64,000 bases of DNA from an uncultured Alphaproteobacteria bacterium (GCA_963770295.1 CAVYPA010000002.1:53672-117671), one strand, 5' to 3'. Positions 38,916 to 49,466 are shown, counted from the stretch's first letter. A program made the numbers and translations. Notes: generated from the sequence alone by a model not told the origin.

Positions 38916-40078
38916 ATACCAGCGGTCGAAAGGCTCAACTCCTGTTGCCTGGGTGCGATTCCCAGAGCGTCGGGTTCGTGGTTCCCTCCTTGTTGATTCG
39001 CGGAGGGCAAGATGACGGCGCGCTATCGATACGCAAGGACCGGTCCCCTGTTGTGCTGCGCAAGCTTGCCAAGGGGGAATCAGAGGCGCGTGTGTCGCGC
39101 CGGCTGTTGGGCGATCGCCAATGTGCTCGGTGGCATGAGCCGAGTGCAGCTCGCTCGGCTGGGATGGATCGGCAGACATTGCGCGATTGGATAATCCGCT
39201 ACGCATATGGTCTGGACGGACTTGCCGACCAGCGGGGGGATGGGCGCCCGCCGAAGCTGAGCCCTGAGGAGAAGGGCGAGCTGGTGGCCGATCGTTCCCG
39301 CCGGCCCGGATCCGGAGGCAAGCGGCATCTCAGCTTTTACGCGCGAAGACCTGGTGCGGATCTGCAAGGAGCGGTTCGGCAAGAGCCTGCATGTGACGTC
39401 GATGGGTCGCATCCTGCGCGAGTTGGGGCTGTCGTGGCAAAAGGCGAGACCCAGCCACCCGCAAAAAGACCCTGCCGCGCAGGCGGCCTTTAAAAAGAGC
39501 GCCGGCGCTGTTCAGAAAAATTCAGCTTACGCATAGGAACAAGCGCATTCGCCTGTTACTTCAGGACGAGGCGCGCATTGGCCAGAAAGGTCGCGTGTGT
39601 CGGGTCTGGTGGAAGCGCGGCGAACGCCCACCAGGCCTGTGCGACAAACGCTTCACGTTCGCCTACATCTTTGCGGCGGTCGAGCCCGGCACCGACAATG
39701 CCTTCGCGCTGGTGCTGCCCTCGGTAGGCACCGAGGCAATGCAAGCGTTCCTCGACGACTTCGCCAAGACGATCGGCCCGGACGAGCACGTCGTGATGGT
39801 TCTCGACCAGGCCGGCTGGCATGGCGCGGTTGCGCTACGAGTGCCCGATTGCATCACGCTTGTGCCGTTGCCGCCCTACTCGCCCGAACTCAATCCTGTC
39901 GCGTGGGTGTGGGAGTACATGACGGAGAGGTTCCTCTCGCTGCGACTACTCCGACTACGACGCCATTGCCGACGCCGTATGCAAGGCCTGGAACCGCCTC
40001 CTCGCCGAGACCGGCCGCATCACCTCGCTCTGCTCCCACCCCTGGATCATGGAGGTGAAACCTTAAGCGCGCTGGTAT
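38916..40078 (+). mobile_element. Decayed IS630-family insertion sequence
   Basis: About 1.16 kb. Terminal inverted repeats are ATACCAGCG (38916-24) and CGCTGGTAT (40070-78), extendable with mismatches to about 25 bp. They enclose a frameshifted DDE transposase. Confidence 0.75.
39012..40066 (+). pseudogene. IS630-family transposase, at least four frame disruptions
   Basis: Pieces lie in all three frames: 'ALSIRKDRSPVVLRKLAKGESEARVSRRLL', 'AGMDRQTLRDWIIRY..GLDGLADQRGDGRPPKLSPEEKGELV', 'LVRICKERFGKSLHVTSMGRILRELGLSWQKARPSHPQKD', 'RVCRVWWKRGERPPGLCDKRFTFAYIFAAVEPGTDNAFALVLP...LDQAGWH...LPPYSPELNPV..VWEYM', and '...AWNRLLAETGRITSLCSHPWIMEVKP*'. Confidence 0.8.
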
Positions 40079-40499
40079 GATTCCACCTTGCGCTAATACC
40101 CGGCGATTATCGGCCAAAGCGCGGCAACGCTTTGGCGATGCTCCTTTTAAAAACGGCAATCATAAGAGGGAAGGGACGATTTTTTCCAGCGACGAACAGA
40201 CCGCGGTCAAACGGGTCCAGGCCCGTTTGCGGCTATTCGGCCAATGGCCATTTTGCCACTTTTTCGGCCTTTCGGTCAGGTCGCTAAATGATCGATAGAA
40301 CTGCTAGCATCTCCCATGCGTGCTTCCAGTGGCACGCGAGCGTAGGGAAAAAAGCGTAACTTTAACCCGCCTCTCGTACACGGGACGGCGATGCGAACAG
40401 TCAGGGACAAATAATAAGGCCCAATGTCGCGTATTCATGCGCCCCTACGGAAACGTGCCGGGAAGTGCTTTTGCATTTTTTCTGAGGGGGTATTGCGCC

Positions 40500-40811
40500 A
40501 TGCGCGTTTTCGGCATCGTGATCTGTGGCCTACTCTTTGCGCCCCTGATTTTTCCGGGCGTAGCCTCAGCGCAATCAAGTGCAAACCTCCGTGCCGCTGC
40601 ACAGATTCAGGAGTCAAAATCGGCTAGCCGTCCCACAGTGCCGGTTCGTCTCGCCGATCGTAACCTGAAGGGAAAGTTGAATACCTGGACGATTGGTCTC
40701 GCCGCCGGGCAGCTCGAAGGTGCCCCCCTGAGATTTGCTGCAGAGCTCGCTCTGGTCTCACCCGGCGACAAAGTCGGGCAGAAGCAAAAAAGCAACCGAA
40801 GCCGTAGGTGA
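40500..40811 (+). pseudogene. N-terminal fragment of a TAXI-type TRAP solute receptor
   Basis: Signal peptide 'MRVFGIVICGLLFAPLIFPGVASA', then 'NTWTIGLAAGQLEGAPLRFAAELALV'. It terminates after about 100 codons, where about 320 are expected. Confidence 0.4.
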
Positions 40812-40832
40812 TTGCGTTCGGAGGTGTTGGCC

Positions 40833-41744
40833 ATGTCTGGGCAAGGCCCTGTGTCAAATGTGCTCTTCGCGTCGATTGGCGGAAGTCCAACCGACCCGCG
40901 TCAGTGTCGAATTCGGTTCTGGGCGGTCGCCGCATTGATCACCGCAATGACTATGAGCGCCGGCGCGGCTGAACCTGGGGAAGCAAACGGGAATGGTCCG
41001 GCACAGCTTCAACTCGCGGTCGGACCAACTCTAGAGGTGGAGCCCTCAGTATTTACGGAATTCTATGTGCGCGTCGGCGGTCCAACTGACGCTTTGCCTC
41101 CGCGCAGCTACGTTCAGATCAACAAGTTGCCTTCGTCTGTTGTTTTGTCAGAAGGCAAGAAGACGCCAGCGGGGTCTTGGGTGGTCCCGGTCTTGGCGCT
41201 TGAAAGACTTATGGTCACCGCACCCACTCACCTACCACAAGGGTCGGAGTTTATCGTCGCCTTGGTTGCCGGCGATGGTACCGTGCTTGTCGAGCGGACA
41301 GTTGCACTTTACGTCGCCCCCGTCGTCACCACGCGCACCAACTACAAAGTGGACGAGATGCAAGGGCCACGAATGCTGACCTCCACCGCCCCGCCCGTTG
41401 GCTCGGGATTCGTCTCCACCGACCCTTCTGACCGGAAAGTCGGGGCGCCCGTTCCGACCAAGGAGGAGCGCGCTCAGGCCGAAAGGTTGGTCGGCCAGGG
41501 TGAGCGCCATCTCGCTGACGGCAACGTTTCGGTCGCACGCCAATATTTCCTGCGTGCCGCCGAGCAGGGACTCGCAATTGCAGCATTGAAAATGGCAGAG
41601 ACCCACGATCCGCGAGCTCTTCTGGGTGTCAACGTGCGTGGTCTAGTGCCCGACCCGGCCGAGGCGAAAAAGTGGTATGAGCGGGCGCTTGAGCTTGGCG
41701 CTCCAGAGGCACAAGCTAGATTACAGCGGTTGGGCAGCAAGTGA
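40833..41744 (+). CDS. Exported protein with C-terminal Sel1-like (SLR/TPR) repeats
   Basis: ATG 40833 follows GGAGGTG. Hydrophobic 'FWAVAALITAMTMSAGAAEP'. The C-terminus reads 'GNVSVARQYFLRAAEQGLAIAALKMAETHDP...DPAEAKKWYERALELGAPEAQARL'. Confidence 0.6.
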   Translation: MSGQGPVSNVLFASIGGSPTDPRQCRIRFWAVAALITAMTMSAGAAEPGEANGNGPAQLQLAVGPTLEVEPSVFTEFYVRVGGPTDALPPRSYVQINKLPSSVVLSEGKKTPAGSWVVPVLALERLMVTAPTHLPQGSEFIVALVAGDGTVLVERTVALYVAPVVTTRTNYKVDEMQGPRMLTSTAPPVGSGFVSTDPSDRKVGAPVPTKEERAQAERLVGQGERHLADGNVSVARQYFLRAAEQGLAIAALKMAETHDPRALLGVNVRGLVPDPAEAKKWYERALELGAPEAQARLQRLGSK

Positions 41745-42105
41745 CTCCCGATAACCATGTCTCGTGCGCGATCGGCATGTTGGCCGCGGAAGTCACATCG
41801 CCACGGTTCCCCACGTACGCAACGAGGGGAGACCACAAGCCATGCCTTGGCGGCTGCGGCGTAGCCCTGAGGCTCTGGTTTCAGTTGCTAGGAGCGACAC
41901 TCGGAGCGATAAGGACCAGGATCAGGTCGCCAGTTGCGACCTGACTGTCGAGCCAGTCCGCGCACCGGGCCCCGAGGGCGGTGTGCCGGCGATGTCCAAG
42001 GAATATGTCCGCTTGCGGTTGAGTCGCAGCTGGCGGGCAGCAGGGTAGCGACTGCCGACGAGAAGCGGCGAATTCGACGCGGCGTCACGCGATCTGTGCT
42101 GCTCG

Positions 42106-45027
42106 CTACATGATTTTGTTCAGAACCAGCCAGTCACCGCCTCGCGTGCGATTGGCTTCGGATAGTGTTTGTTCAGCGCCCATGACAACAATTTGACCAC
42201 GATCGCGCACGCCGTCCATCACATCTGCGAAGTTCCGAAAGTCCGTCGCCGTTGTGGCAAACAGCTCGTCGCGCAGTTTCTGCCGGGCGACCTCCGTTTG
42301 TCCGATGAGGTAACGCATCAGGGACGTGAGGGCTTTGGCGGCGGGAAGCTGATATGGATCGACCCCGTTCAGAGCACCAATGACGCTTCGCGCGAGATCA
42401 CTGTCGCCGAGCTCGAGGTCACGCAGGAAGGCTCCTGTGCCATCGAAAGTTTCGAGCGTTTCAATGAGATTCGGATCGCGATAGGACGTCAGGGCCAAAT
42501 AACCGGAGTGCCGCTCGAAGTCCAGCGACGCGCCATAGGCACCACCCTGCTCGCGGATCTCTGGGATTAGCCAAGCGAGAGACAACCAGCGACAGACCGC
42601 CAGCGCAGCACCACTGGGTCGCGCCGCAAAATCGAAAATCCCCGTTCCCTTGGCGACGTAATTCACCTGGGTCGGCACCACAAGTCCTACGTTGCGCGGG
42701 GTAGTCAAGGGCTGCCACACCGCCGGAGCAGGGTTGCCCTCAGGAAGGCACCCGAGCAGTCTCTCTATCTGATCTCGCAACGGAGCCCATGCATTGGCGT
42801 CAACTGTCACGTTCGCGAGCGCCGACGCGCGGAGAATTAACTTCGAGCGAACGGTGGTCAGGCGCGCGAGCGCTGCCGGCCAGTCCGTCTCGATCTGAGC
42901 GGCAAGTTGGCGCAAGAACTCAAGTTGGCTCACGCCGTACATTTGTTCGTTTACGAACCCAGATACGTTGGCCCCTGCCTTCAGACGCAAACTGCAGTAG
43001 TAACTCCCTGCCGGGACGAGGCTAGATTCAAGTCGCGCTTTTTCCTCGAGCACTAGGCGGCGCACCCGTTCGCGCTGGTCGAGACGAGCCGAGAGCAGCA
43101 CATCGCGCATGATCGCGATCAGCTCGCTGGCCTTCGCCACCGTTGCTTTACCGCGCAACAACAGCCAAGCTGTGGTGCTCTTGGCATCTGTCTTGGTCAA
43201 CGCGAACGCCTGAGGTTCAATTCCACCAGTGTGCCGGGCAATTCGATGGGCGAAGGTGACCTCGTCCTCTTTGTCTGTACCAAGCTCGATAAGTGCCCTG
43301 GCCAACACTGGCACGTAGGCAAGCTCCTTGCCCGATAATGTCTGCAGATCGAAGCCAACGTCGATGTAGGCAATGCCATTGGTAGAGAGGCCATGTTGAA
43401 GAACAGGTCTTTCCGCAAGCATCACTACCTCGCTCGGAATCGCGCTGTTCTTGCGGTCCAAGTCGGTAAGACACAGCATTGGCAGCTTTGCGAGCGCTGC
43501 AGGTGAGTTTGGTGTTTCCTGTCGGCGCCTGAGCTCCAGCGCATTGGCGGCGATTTGCTGGCGTTCCTTGTCGCTGAGACGGCCGAGAATCTGTGCAAGG
43601 CGCGCCTTCTCCTCGATCTCCTGTCGCGCCAGCAGCTCGGCGTCAGGAGCGTGCCAAATCATTGACCGATGTGCGTTGGCGAGCAGGTACAACTCGATCA
43701 TTTGCTCAAAGTATCGGGGATTTTCCTGGAGGCGGGCCCGCACGGTTGCGAGGGGCTGCTCGAAGGCTAAGGCCGTTATGGGATCGCCGTCGTAGAGCCA
43801 TGTCTCAAATGAGCGCAGAATAGTGCCAACACCGCGGGCCCAAGTCCCGTTCTCACGCAGGGCAAACTCTATAGTATTGAGGGCAGCATCTGCCGCCACC
43901 TCGTCAATGCCCGACCGGACCAGGCTCTTTAGGGTATCAAGGACTAGCGGCTCGACACGATCGCGATTTGCCTCGCGGACGCCCTTGAGGCCGGTGACAA
44001 ATGCTGGTTGCCGCATCTCGTCCCAATCCGCGCCGTCAATCAAATCTTCGCCAAGTCCAGAATCCAGCAACGCCTTGCGTAAAGGCGATGCCGGCGAGCC
44101 GACGAGGATTTCGTTCAGAACGCGTATGGCAATGCGCACCTCCGGCGTGTCGCCTCCGTCTGATAGGAGCCATCCGACACTCACAGCTCCCTTGCCCTCC
44201 CGCGCGTCGGCTATAGCTGCGGGAACCCGGCCGCTGGAGCGGTGCGGAGCGGTGAAACGTGATTGCAGCGCAATCGTTTCTGATACGGCCTGACGATCAA
44301 AGGGCTTGAGTGCCTCATCGACGATCCTCAAACGTGTTTCTTCCGGATCGTCGCCCCAAAAGCAGATGCGGGCGTTGGATGGATGATAAAAGTGCCGATG
44401 AAATTCGCGCCAACGTGCATGGCTCAGTTCCGGGATATGCTGCGGATCGCCACCTGAGCTGTGGGCGTAAATTGTGTTAGGCAGCAACGCTCGCGTCACC
44501 TGCTCTGCGATGTGAGCATCTTGCAACGAGTAGGCACCCTTCATCTCGTTGAAGACCACGCCCTTGTAACTCAGGGCCGCGTCGGGGCCCTCGAGCTCGA
44601 AGTGCCAACCTTCCTGGTCTAGGGTATGGGACTCGAGAAGCGGATTGAGCACTACATCGAAGTAGACATCAACAAGGTTATAGAAGTCCTTGAGGTTCGT
44701 GCTGGCGACGGGATAACAGGTCTTATCTGGGAAGGTCATGGCATTGATGAATGTCGCGCAGGAGCCTTTGAGGAGCTCCATGAACAGCTCTTTCACCGGG
44801 TACTTGCCTGAGCCGCTGAGCACGGAATGCTCGAGGATGTGCGCAACTCCCGTATCGTCGGAAGGCAATGTGCGAAACGTGATGGCGAAACTTTTGTTCT
44901 CATCGCGGTTAGTGAGCGATAGCACCTCCGCGCCGGTCCGGCGATGGCGGAACAAGCGCGCCCCGGTATCCAGCTCGGAAATGGACTGCTCGCGTACCAG
45001 TTCGAAGCCTGCATGAGCACCCGACAT
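42106..45027 (-). CDS. M16C (PreP/pitrilysin-like) zinc metallopeptidase
   Basis: About 973 aa. Inverted zinc motif 'HILEHSVLSGSGKYP' (HxxEH). The length and architecture match presequence-protease-type M16C enzymes. Confidence 0.85.
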   Translation of the reverse strand: MSGAHAGFELVREQSISELDTGARLFRHRRTGAEVLSLTNRDENKSFAITFRTLPSDDTGVAHILEHSVLSGSGKYPVKELFMELLKGSCATFINAMTFPDKTCYPVASTNLKDFYNLVDVYFDVVLNPLLESHTLDQEGWHFELEGPDAALSYKGVVFNEMKGAYSLQDAHIAEQVTRALLPNTIYAHSSGGDPQHIPELSHARWREFHRHFYHPSNARICFWGDDPEETRLRIVDEALKPFDRQAVSETIALQSRFTAPHRSSGRVPAAIADAREGKGAVSVGWLLSDGGDTPEVRIAIRVLNEILVGSPASPLRKALLDSGLGEDLIDGADWDEMRQPAFVTGLKGVREANRDRVEPLVLDTLKSLVRSGIDEVAADAALNTIEFALRENGTWARGVGTILRSFETWLYDGDPITALAFEQPLATVRARLQENPRYFEQMIELYLLANAHRSMIWHAPDAELLARQEIEEKARLAQILGRLSDKERQQIAANALELRRRQETPNSPAALAKLPMLCLTDLDRKNSAIPSEVVMLAERPVLQHGLSTNGIAYIDVGFDLQTLSGKELAYVPVLARALIELGTDKEDEVTFAHRIARHTGGIEPQAFALTKTDAKSTTAWLLLRGKATVAKASELIAIMRDVLLSARLDQRERVRRLVLEEKARLESSLVPAGSYYCSLRLKAGANVSGFVNEQMYGVSQLEFLRQLAAQIETDWPAALARLTTVRSKLILRASALANVTVDANAWAPLRDQIERLLGCLPEGNPAPAVWQPLTTPRNVGLVVPTQVNYVAKGTGIFDFAARPSGAALAVCRWLSLAWLIPEIREQGGAYGASLDFERHSGYLALTSYRDPNLIETLETFDGTGAFLRDLELGDSDLARSVIGALNGVDPYQLPAAKALTSLMRYLIGQTEVARQKLRDELFATTATDFRNFADVMDGVRDRGQIVVMGAEQTLSEANRTRGGDWLVLNKIM

Positions 45028-45369
45028 CGTCAATCTCCACAACGGCAGATCGGAACAAGCACCAGCCAAGTGGTGGAGATATGGTTAGCCGGGTTGCGTC
45101 TTACCACCCGCTCGCGAACCGCGCGCAGTCGGCGCTTAGGTCGTAGGCCGGTTGGCGCCGAGACGGCCCCGCTGGCAATCTACCTCGATACGGTGGCGGC
45201 GCCCCCAGAACAACTCACCGGTCAGTCCTTCAACGTGTCTGACCCGGTGAGATGGGTAACAAAAGTACTCAAGACGTGGGTGACAACCTTGGCCCGAACG
45301 GGTTGTCGCAGTCGTGGAAGGGATAATCGAGGTCCCGGGAGCCCCTGATACGGGCGCCTTGAGGGGGGT

Positions 45370-45600
45370 TTAAACCTCCGCGGGGCATTTCATGGCGATG
45401 GCCTCGTGTGGCCTCTCGACATTGAACTCCTGCACGAAGTCATCGAAGCGGGCCTGTCGTTGCAGGCTATTCATGCCCGCGGGTCGGGTTGCCTCTTTTT
45501 TGAGGGTGAGGTTCATCCCATTCTGCTGGGGATGGCCGGGTTTGATGCGCTCGAGGGCAATGCCCAGTCTCAGCCACCCGACAACGGCCCGGGCGCACGG
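45370..45600 (-). pseudogene. C-terminal fragment of an IS481/IS3-type (rve) integrase-core transposase
   Basis: 'WLRLGIALERIKPGHPQQNG..LTLKKEATRPAGMNSLQRQARFDDFVQEFNVERPHEAIAMKCPAEV'. The 'RHERMH' segment after QQNG seems to be deleted. The catalytic N-terminal part is absent. Confidence 0.6.
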
Positions 45601-45748
45601 CATTGACCGTAATCTGCCGATGTCGCCGCCGCAGGTGTTGGCGGCCCTAACAGCCACAAGTTGACTGCTGAACTTATCAGTGATCGCAACTTGATGTATT
45701 GCTGAAGCCTAAGAGCTGTTCGTAGCACTGAAATCCTGGGAGGCATTA

Positions 45749-46612
45749 GTGAATCACCCTGCCATGACTCCGGGAGCAGTCGCCGTCATAACCGGGGCCG
45801 CCGCCGGTATAGGCCTAGCCGCTGCGACGAAGTTCGCCCGCATGGGCCTGAAGGTCTGCATTGCCGATCTTGCTGAGGATCGCCTCGCGCCAGCTGCAGA
45901 TGTGCTCAAGGCAGCGTCGCCATTGGGCGCCGCGAACATTTTGGCCGTAGCGGTCGACGTCAGCCGACTGGATGAAGTTCAGCGACTAGAGGCAGCTGTT
46001 CGCGAGCAGTTCGGTGGCACGGACATTCTGATGAACAACGCCGGCGTTCAGCCGGGAAGCGGCATATTCGGGTCGGTTACCAATTGGGAACGCGTCCTCG
46101 CAGTCAACTTGTGGGGCGTCATCCATGGTTCGCGGGTGTTTGGGCCGTCGATGATCAACCGTGGCCGTCCAGGCTTGATCATCAACACAGGTTCGAAGCA
46201 AGGGATCACCACCCCGCCCGGTGACCCAGCCTACAACATCGCCAAGGCTGGCGTAAAAGTCTTCACGGAAGCACTCCAGCATGAATTGAGGAACACGCCC
46301 GGTTGTCTGCTCAGCGCTCATCTCCTCATCCCCGGTTTCGTCTTCACTGGCCTCACGGCCAAGGGCCGCACAGAGAAACCTGCGGGCGCGTGGACGCCGC
46401 AGCAGACGGTCGATTTCATGTTGGAGCGCTTGGCTGCCGGCGACTTCTACATCCTGTGTCCAGACAACGACTCACCCCGGCAGCTCGATGAGCGCCGCAT
46501 CCTCTGGTCGGCTGGTGATATCGTGGAGAATCGCCCTGCCCTCTCGCGCTGGGATTCAGATTACAGCGGAGCCTTTGCTGACTTCGTAAGAGGGCAAGCA
46601 TCCAAGCCCTGA
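45749..46612 (+). CDS. Short-chain dehydrogenase/reductase (SDR)
   Basis: 'AVITGAAAGIGLA', 'NNAG' and 'YNIAKAG' motifs. Confidence 0.9.
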   Translation: MNHPAMTPGAVAVITGAAAGIGLAAATKFARMGLKVCIADLAEDRLAPAADVLKAASPLGAANILAVAVDVSRLDEVQRLEAAVREQFGGTDILMNNAGVQPGSGIFGSVTNWERVLAVNLWGVIHGSRVFGPSMINRGRPGLIINTGSKQGITTPPGDPAYNIAKAGVKVFTEALQHELRNTPGCLLSAHLLIPGFVFTGLTAKGRTEKPAGAWTPQQTVDFMLERLAAGDFYILCPDNDSPRQLDERRILWSAGDIVENRPALSRWDSDYSGAFADFVRGQASKP

Positions 46613-46904
46613 CCTACTACTTTGACATCATAGATGACGCCAACGCCGCGCTCGCTGCGCAGTCAGCAGCATCACTAGCTCGGCAACGGCGCAGCTCAAA
46701 CACCATCGGACCACAAAGGGTGGCGCGAGCACGGCAGGAGTTCACCCGCTTCCGGACATGCCTGCGCCAACGGGCACGCACAACGCATCTCGATGTCCGC
46801 GCTCGCCTCAGGGAGGCTGGATCAATGGAGAGTTGCCCGACCGTCGGAGTGGTCTAAAACCTTCCGAGCGCCTGAAGTGACGTGCCAGCAGATTCTAATG
46901 TTTG

Positions 46905-47985
46905 TCACGTTTCGTGCGTCATAGCGCGAAGGCACCGGGTTGTCTCCTCGGCGAGTGAATGCACGAGTTCTGCGGCAGTGGTATCTCTCGCCAGCGCAGC
47001 CGATTGACCTGCAAACAAGGCGGTGAGCTCTCTGTCTCCCGTCGCGCCCAGCGGCGCGGTGAGGCTCAGCTGAGCCGGAAAAGCGACGGGCCTCAGACCG
47101 GAAGCGATGAGATCGTCAGTGAGCTTGTTCCTGATGTAGCGAGCCGGTCTTCCCGTGATTGTGTCCGTTACGATAGTGCAGGCATCGGTGGCCTCACGCA
47201 GCGCAGCACGATGGGCATCGAGCACATTGGCCTCCTCGCAGCGAAGGAAGGCGGTGCCCAGTTGCACGGCGCTCGCACCCAGGACAAACGCAGCTGCCAC
47301 GGTACGACCGTCCGCAATTCCACCTGCCGCAATCACCGGCACACGAACGGCATCGACCACCTGGGGCAGGAGGGCAAACAGCCCGGGCTGCATGCTCATG
47401 TCGACTCCGGTAAATGTGCCGCGATGACCGCCGGCCTCGGCACCTTGGGCGATGACGGCGTCGAACTCCGCGCCGTTCGAGCACCTTGGCCTCTGCGACC
47501 GTCGTAGCGCTGGAGATGACAAAGATCCCCGCACCCTTGATGGTGTCCACGACCTCTTGCTGGGGGAGGCCGAAATGAAAGCTCACCATCTGTGGCTTCG
47601 CCCGCAATACCATGGCCAAATGCTCAAGGCTGACATCGCTCGCCGCACCCTTGGGCTTGGGCACTGGTCCGAGGAACTTTGCATCGTAGTGGGCCTGCAG
47701 TCGCCTGCGCATGGGGTCGGCGACGTCAGCCGTGATCTCCGGTTCCGGCCACAGCGGGTAGTTTACATTTAGGCTTCCGCCGCTTTGTTGGCGGAAGCCG
47801 GCGATGCGTCTCTCGGCGTCTTCCGCCGAGAAGCCCCACATGCCAATGCCTCCGAGCCCGCCAGCGTTGCTAACCGCAGCGGCCAGGGCCGGCGTGCTCA
47901 GCCATCCCATGGGTGCCTGCAGTATGGGCCAGCGGATGTTGAGTTTTTCCGTCAAGGTGTTCTGGGGCCACATGCATGTCTCCAA
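46905..47985 (-). pseudogene. Nitronate monooxygenase (NMO / 2-nitropropane dioxygenase family) with one frameshift
   Basis: ORF 47194-47985 ('WPILQAPMGWLSTPALAAAVSNAGGLGGIG') and ORF 46905-47534 ('AVIAQGAEAGGHRGTF...VIAAGGIADGR') join at 'AKVLER/NGAEFDAVIAQG' if one base is added near 47474. Confidence 0.8.
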
Positions 47986-48356
47986 AGGACTAGTGCCATT
48001 GCGCTCGCGAGGCTAACCCAGGGAGACCTGCTAGCTCAACTAGGGCTCGCTCCCGGACGTGCGGTGGAGTTCGCGCAGGCCGGACGCGCCTGAGCCTTCT
48101 CAACCCAGTGTCAGGCCTTATATTTGAGAAGCGAAGGACGCGTGAGCGCGGTAGCTGTGCCCCACACAGCGGACGCAACCGGCACACGGGAACCGTCGCC
48201 GATGCATTCGGGCATTAAGCGGGAGCTAACCATGGCTCCCAGGAGCGCGAAGCGATGAACGCCCAGCAGATCAATTTGCCAAGGTCCCACATCGGCCGAC
48301 AGCATCGCGCATGTTGCTAGCACTCGCTAGCCTGATGAGGTTTCGAGAGCGTCCGG

Positions 48357-48902
48357 TTAGTCTCGCTGAGCCTGAAAGCTCTGCTGGAGCCTCCAACCGC
48401 CATCTTCCCAAACCTCGTTGCGCCAAGTGAATGAGCGTGACGTCATGTCGGAGAACGACCATCGCATTCTAGGCTCCGTTCCCTCAGTCGTCTCGAGAAC
48501 GACTTGATCATCAACCGTCTTGGCAATGAAGGTGCGAACGAGGCCGTGCATTGGTCCAATCCAAGTCGATCGCCATGCCTGAATTTCCGGATCGAAGAAC
48601 CTTAAGGAGGTTCCATAATCATAGAGATCCGATCTTTGGTTACGTGCGTCGCGCGGGGGCACGATCCAGATGTCCTGAATGGCTCGACCTTCCAGCACCC
48701 AGGAAAAGTGCCACTCTCCACGCTCTTGACGGCTTAGACGGCCATCCATGTCGAACCAAGATACCTGAAGCCGCCAGCTCCCCACGAAAGGAGCGAAAAT
48801 CTGGTTCGCTGACGAAATCTGTGGGTGCGGGCCTGCGGAGATCAGGGCATCGGCAAATTCATTTGGCAACTGGGTCATGCGAGACCGACCCTCCATTTCC
48901 AA
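48357..48902 (-). CDS. Hypothetical protein (Trp-rich beta-type fold, DUF1579-like?)
   Basis: 181-aa ORF, 'GSWRLQVSWFDMDGRLSRQERGEWHFSWVLEGRAIQDIW'. The family is uncertain. Confidence 0.5.
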   Translation of the reverse strand: MEMEGRSRMTQLPNEFADALISAGPHPQISSANQIFAPFVGSWRLQVSWFDMDGRLSRQERGEWHFSWVLEGRAIQDIWIVPPRDARNQRSDLYDYGTSLRFFDPEIQAWRSTWIGPMHGLVRTFIAKTVDDQVVLETTEGTEPRMRWSFSDMTSRSFTWRNEVWEDGGWRLQQSFQAQRD

Positions 48903-48989
48903 TTTGCGCGGGGACTGCCCAAACGCGCTTTGACCTCAAAACCAAACTCTTGAGCATCATGGGTCACCCTAGTGCATCATTGCGGAGCA

Positions 48990-49395
48990 AGGTCTCTGCC
49001 ATCCTTTCAACGAAGACTGCAAATGCTCAAGCGCATTGTCCCCAGCGTCGACAAAGTGGCAATGGCCCTTAATGACAACAATGTCCAACAACGCGGCCCA
49101 ATTCGAACTGCTCGGTTCAGAAGCCCAGAACCTCGGCATAGCGGTCGAGTTGCTTGACATTCGAAAACCTGAGGACGTCGACGCGGTCTTTGATAAGGCC
49201 CTGGCATTCGGGGCCAAGGGGCTCGTGAACGCCGTCGCTACGTTCATAAATTCCCGACGCTTCGCGCTCGCAGCGGGCGCGGAAAAACACAAGTTGCCCT
49301 TCGTCTACAGCGACGTGGAGTATGTGATGGCGGGCGGGCTGATGTCGATCGGTCTGGGTCACTACGAGGGCTATTACGGTGCCGCCACACGATAG
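48990..49395 (+). pseudogene. Internal fragment of an ABC_sub_bind-type (PF04392-like) substrate-binding protein
   Basis: 'LQMLKRIVPSVDKVAMALNDNN', a shift, then 'AAQFELLGSEAQNLGIAVELLDIRKPEDVDAVFDKA...INSRRFALAAGAEKHKLPFVYSDVEYVMAGGLMS.G'. Both ends are missing. Confidence 0.55.
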
Positions 49396-49466
49396 CTTGC
49401 CCCTCAGGCTGCGCAAGCGCTGATGTGTTGCAGCGATTGGTAGCCTGTGCCAAATCCTGCCGTTCC

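Noticed and set aside
39012-40066. Programmed -1 frameshifting, as in some IS630 transposases, as the explanation for the split ORFs.
   Set aside because: At least four frame changes in different directions, plus an internal in-frame stop, are needed to rebuild the protein. That is decay, not recoding.
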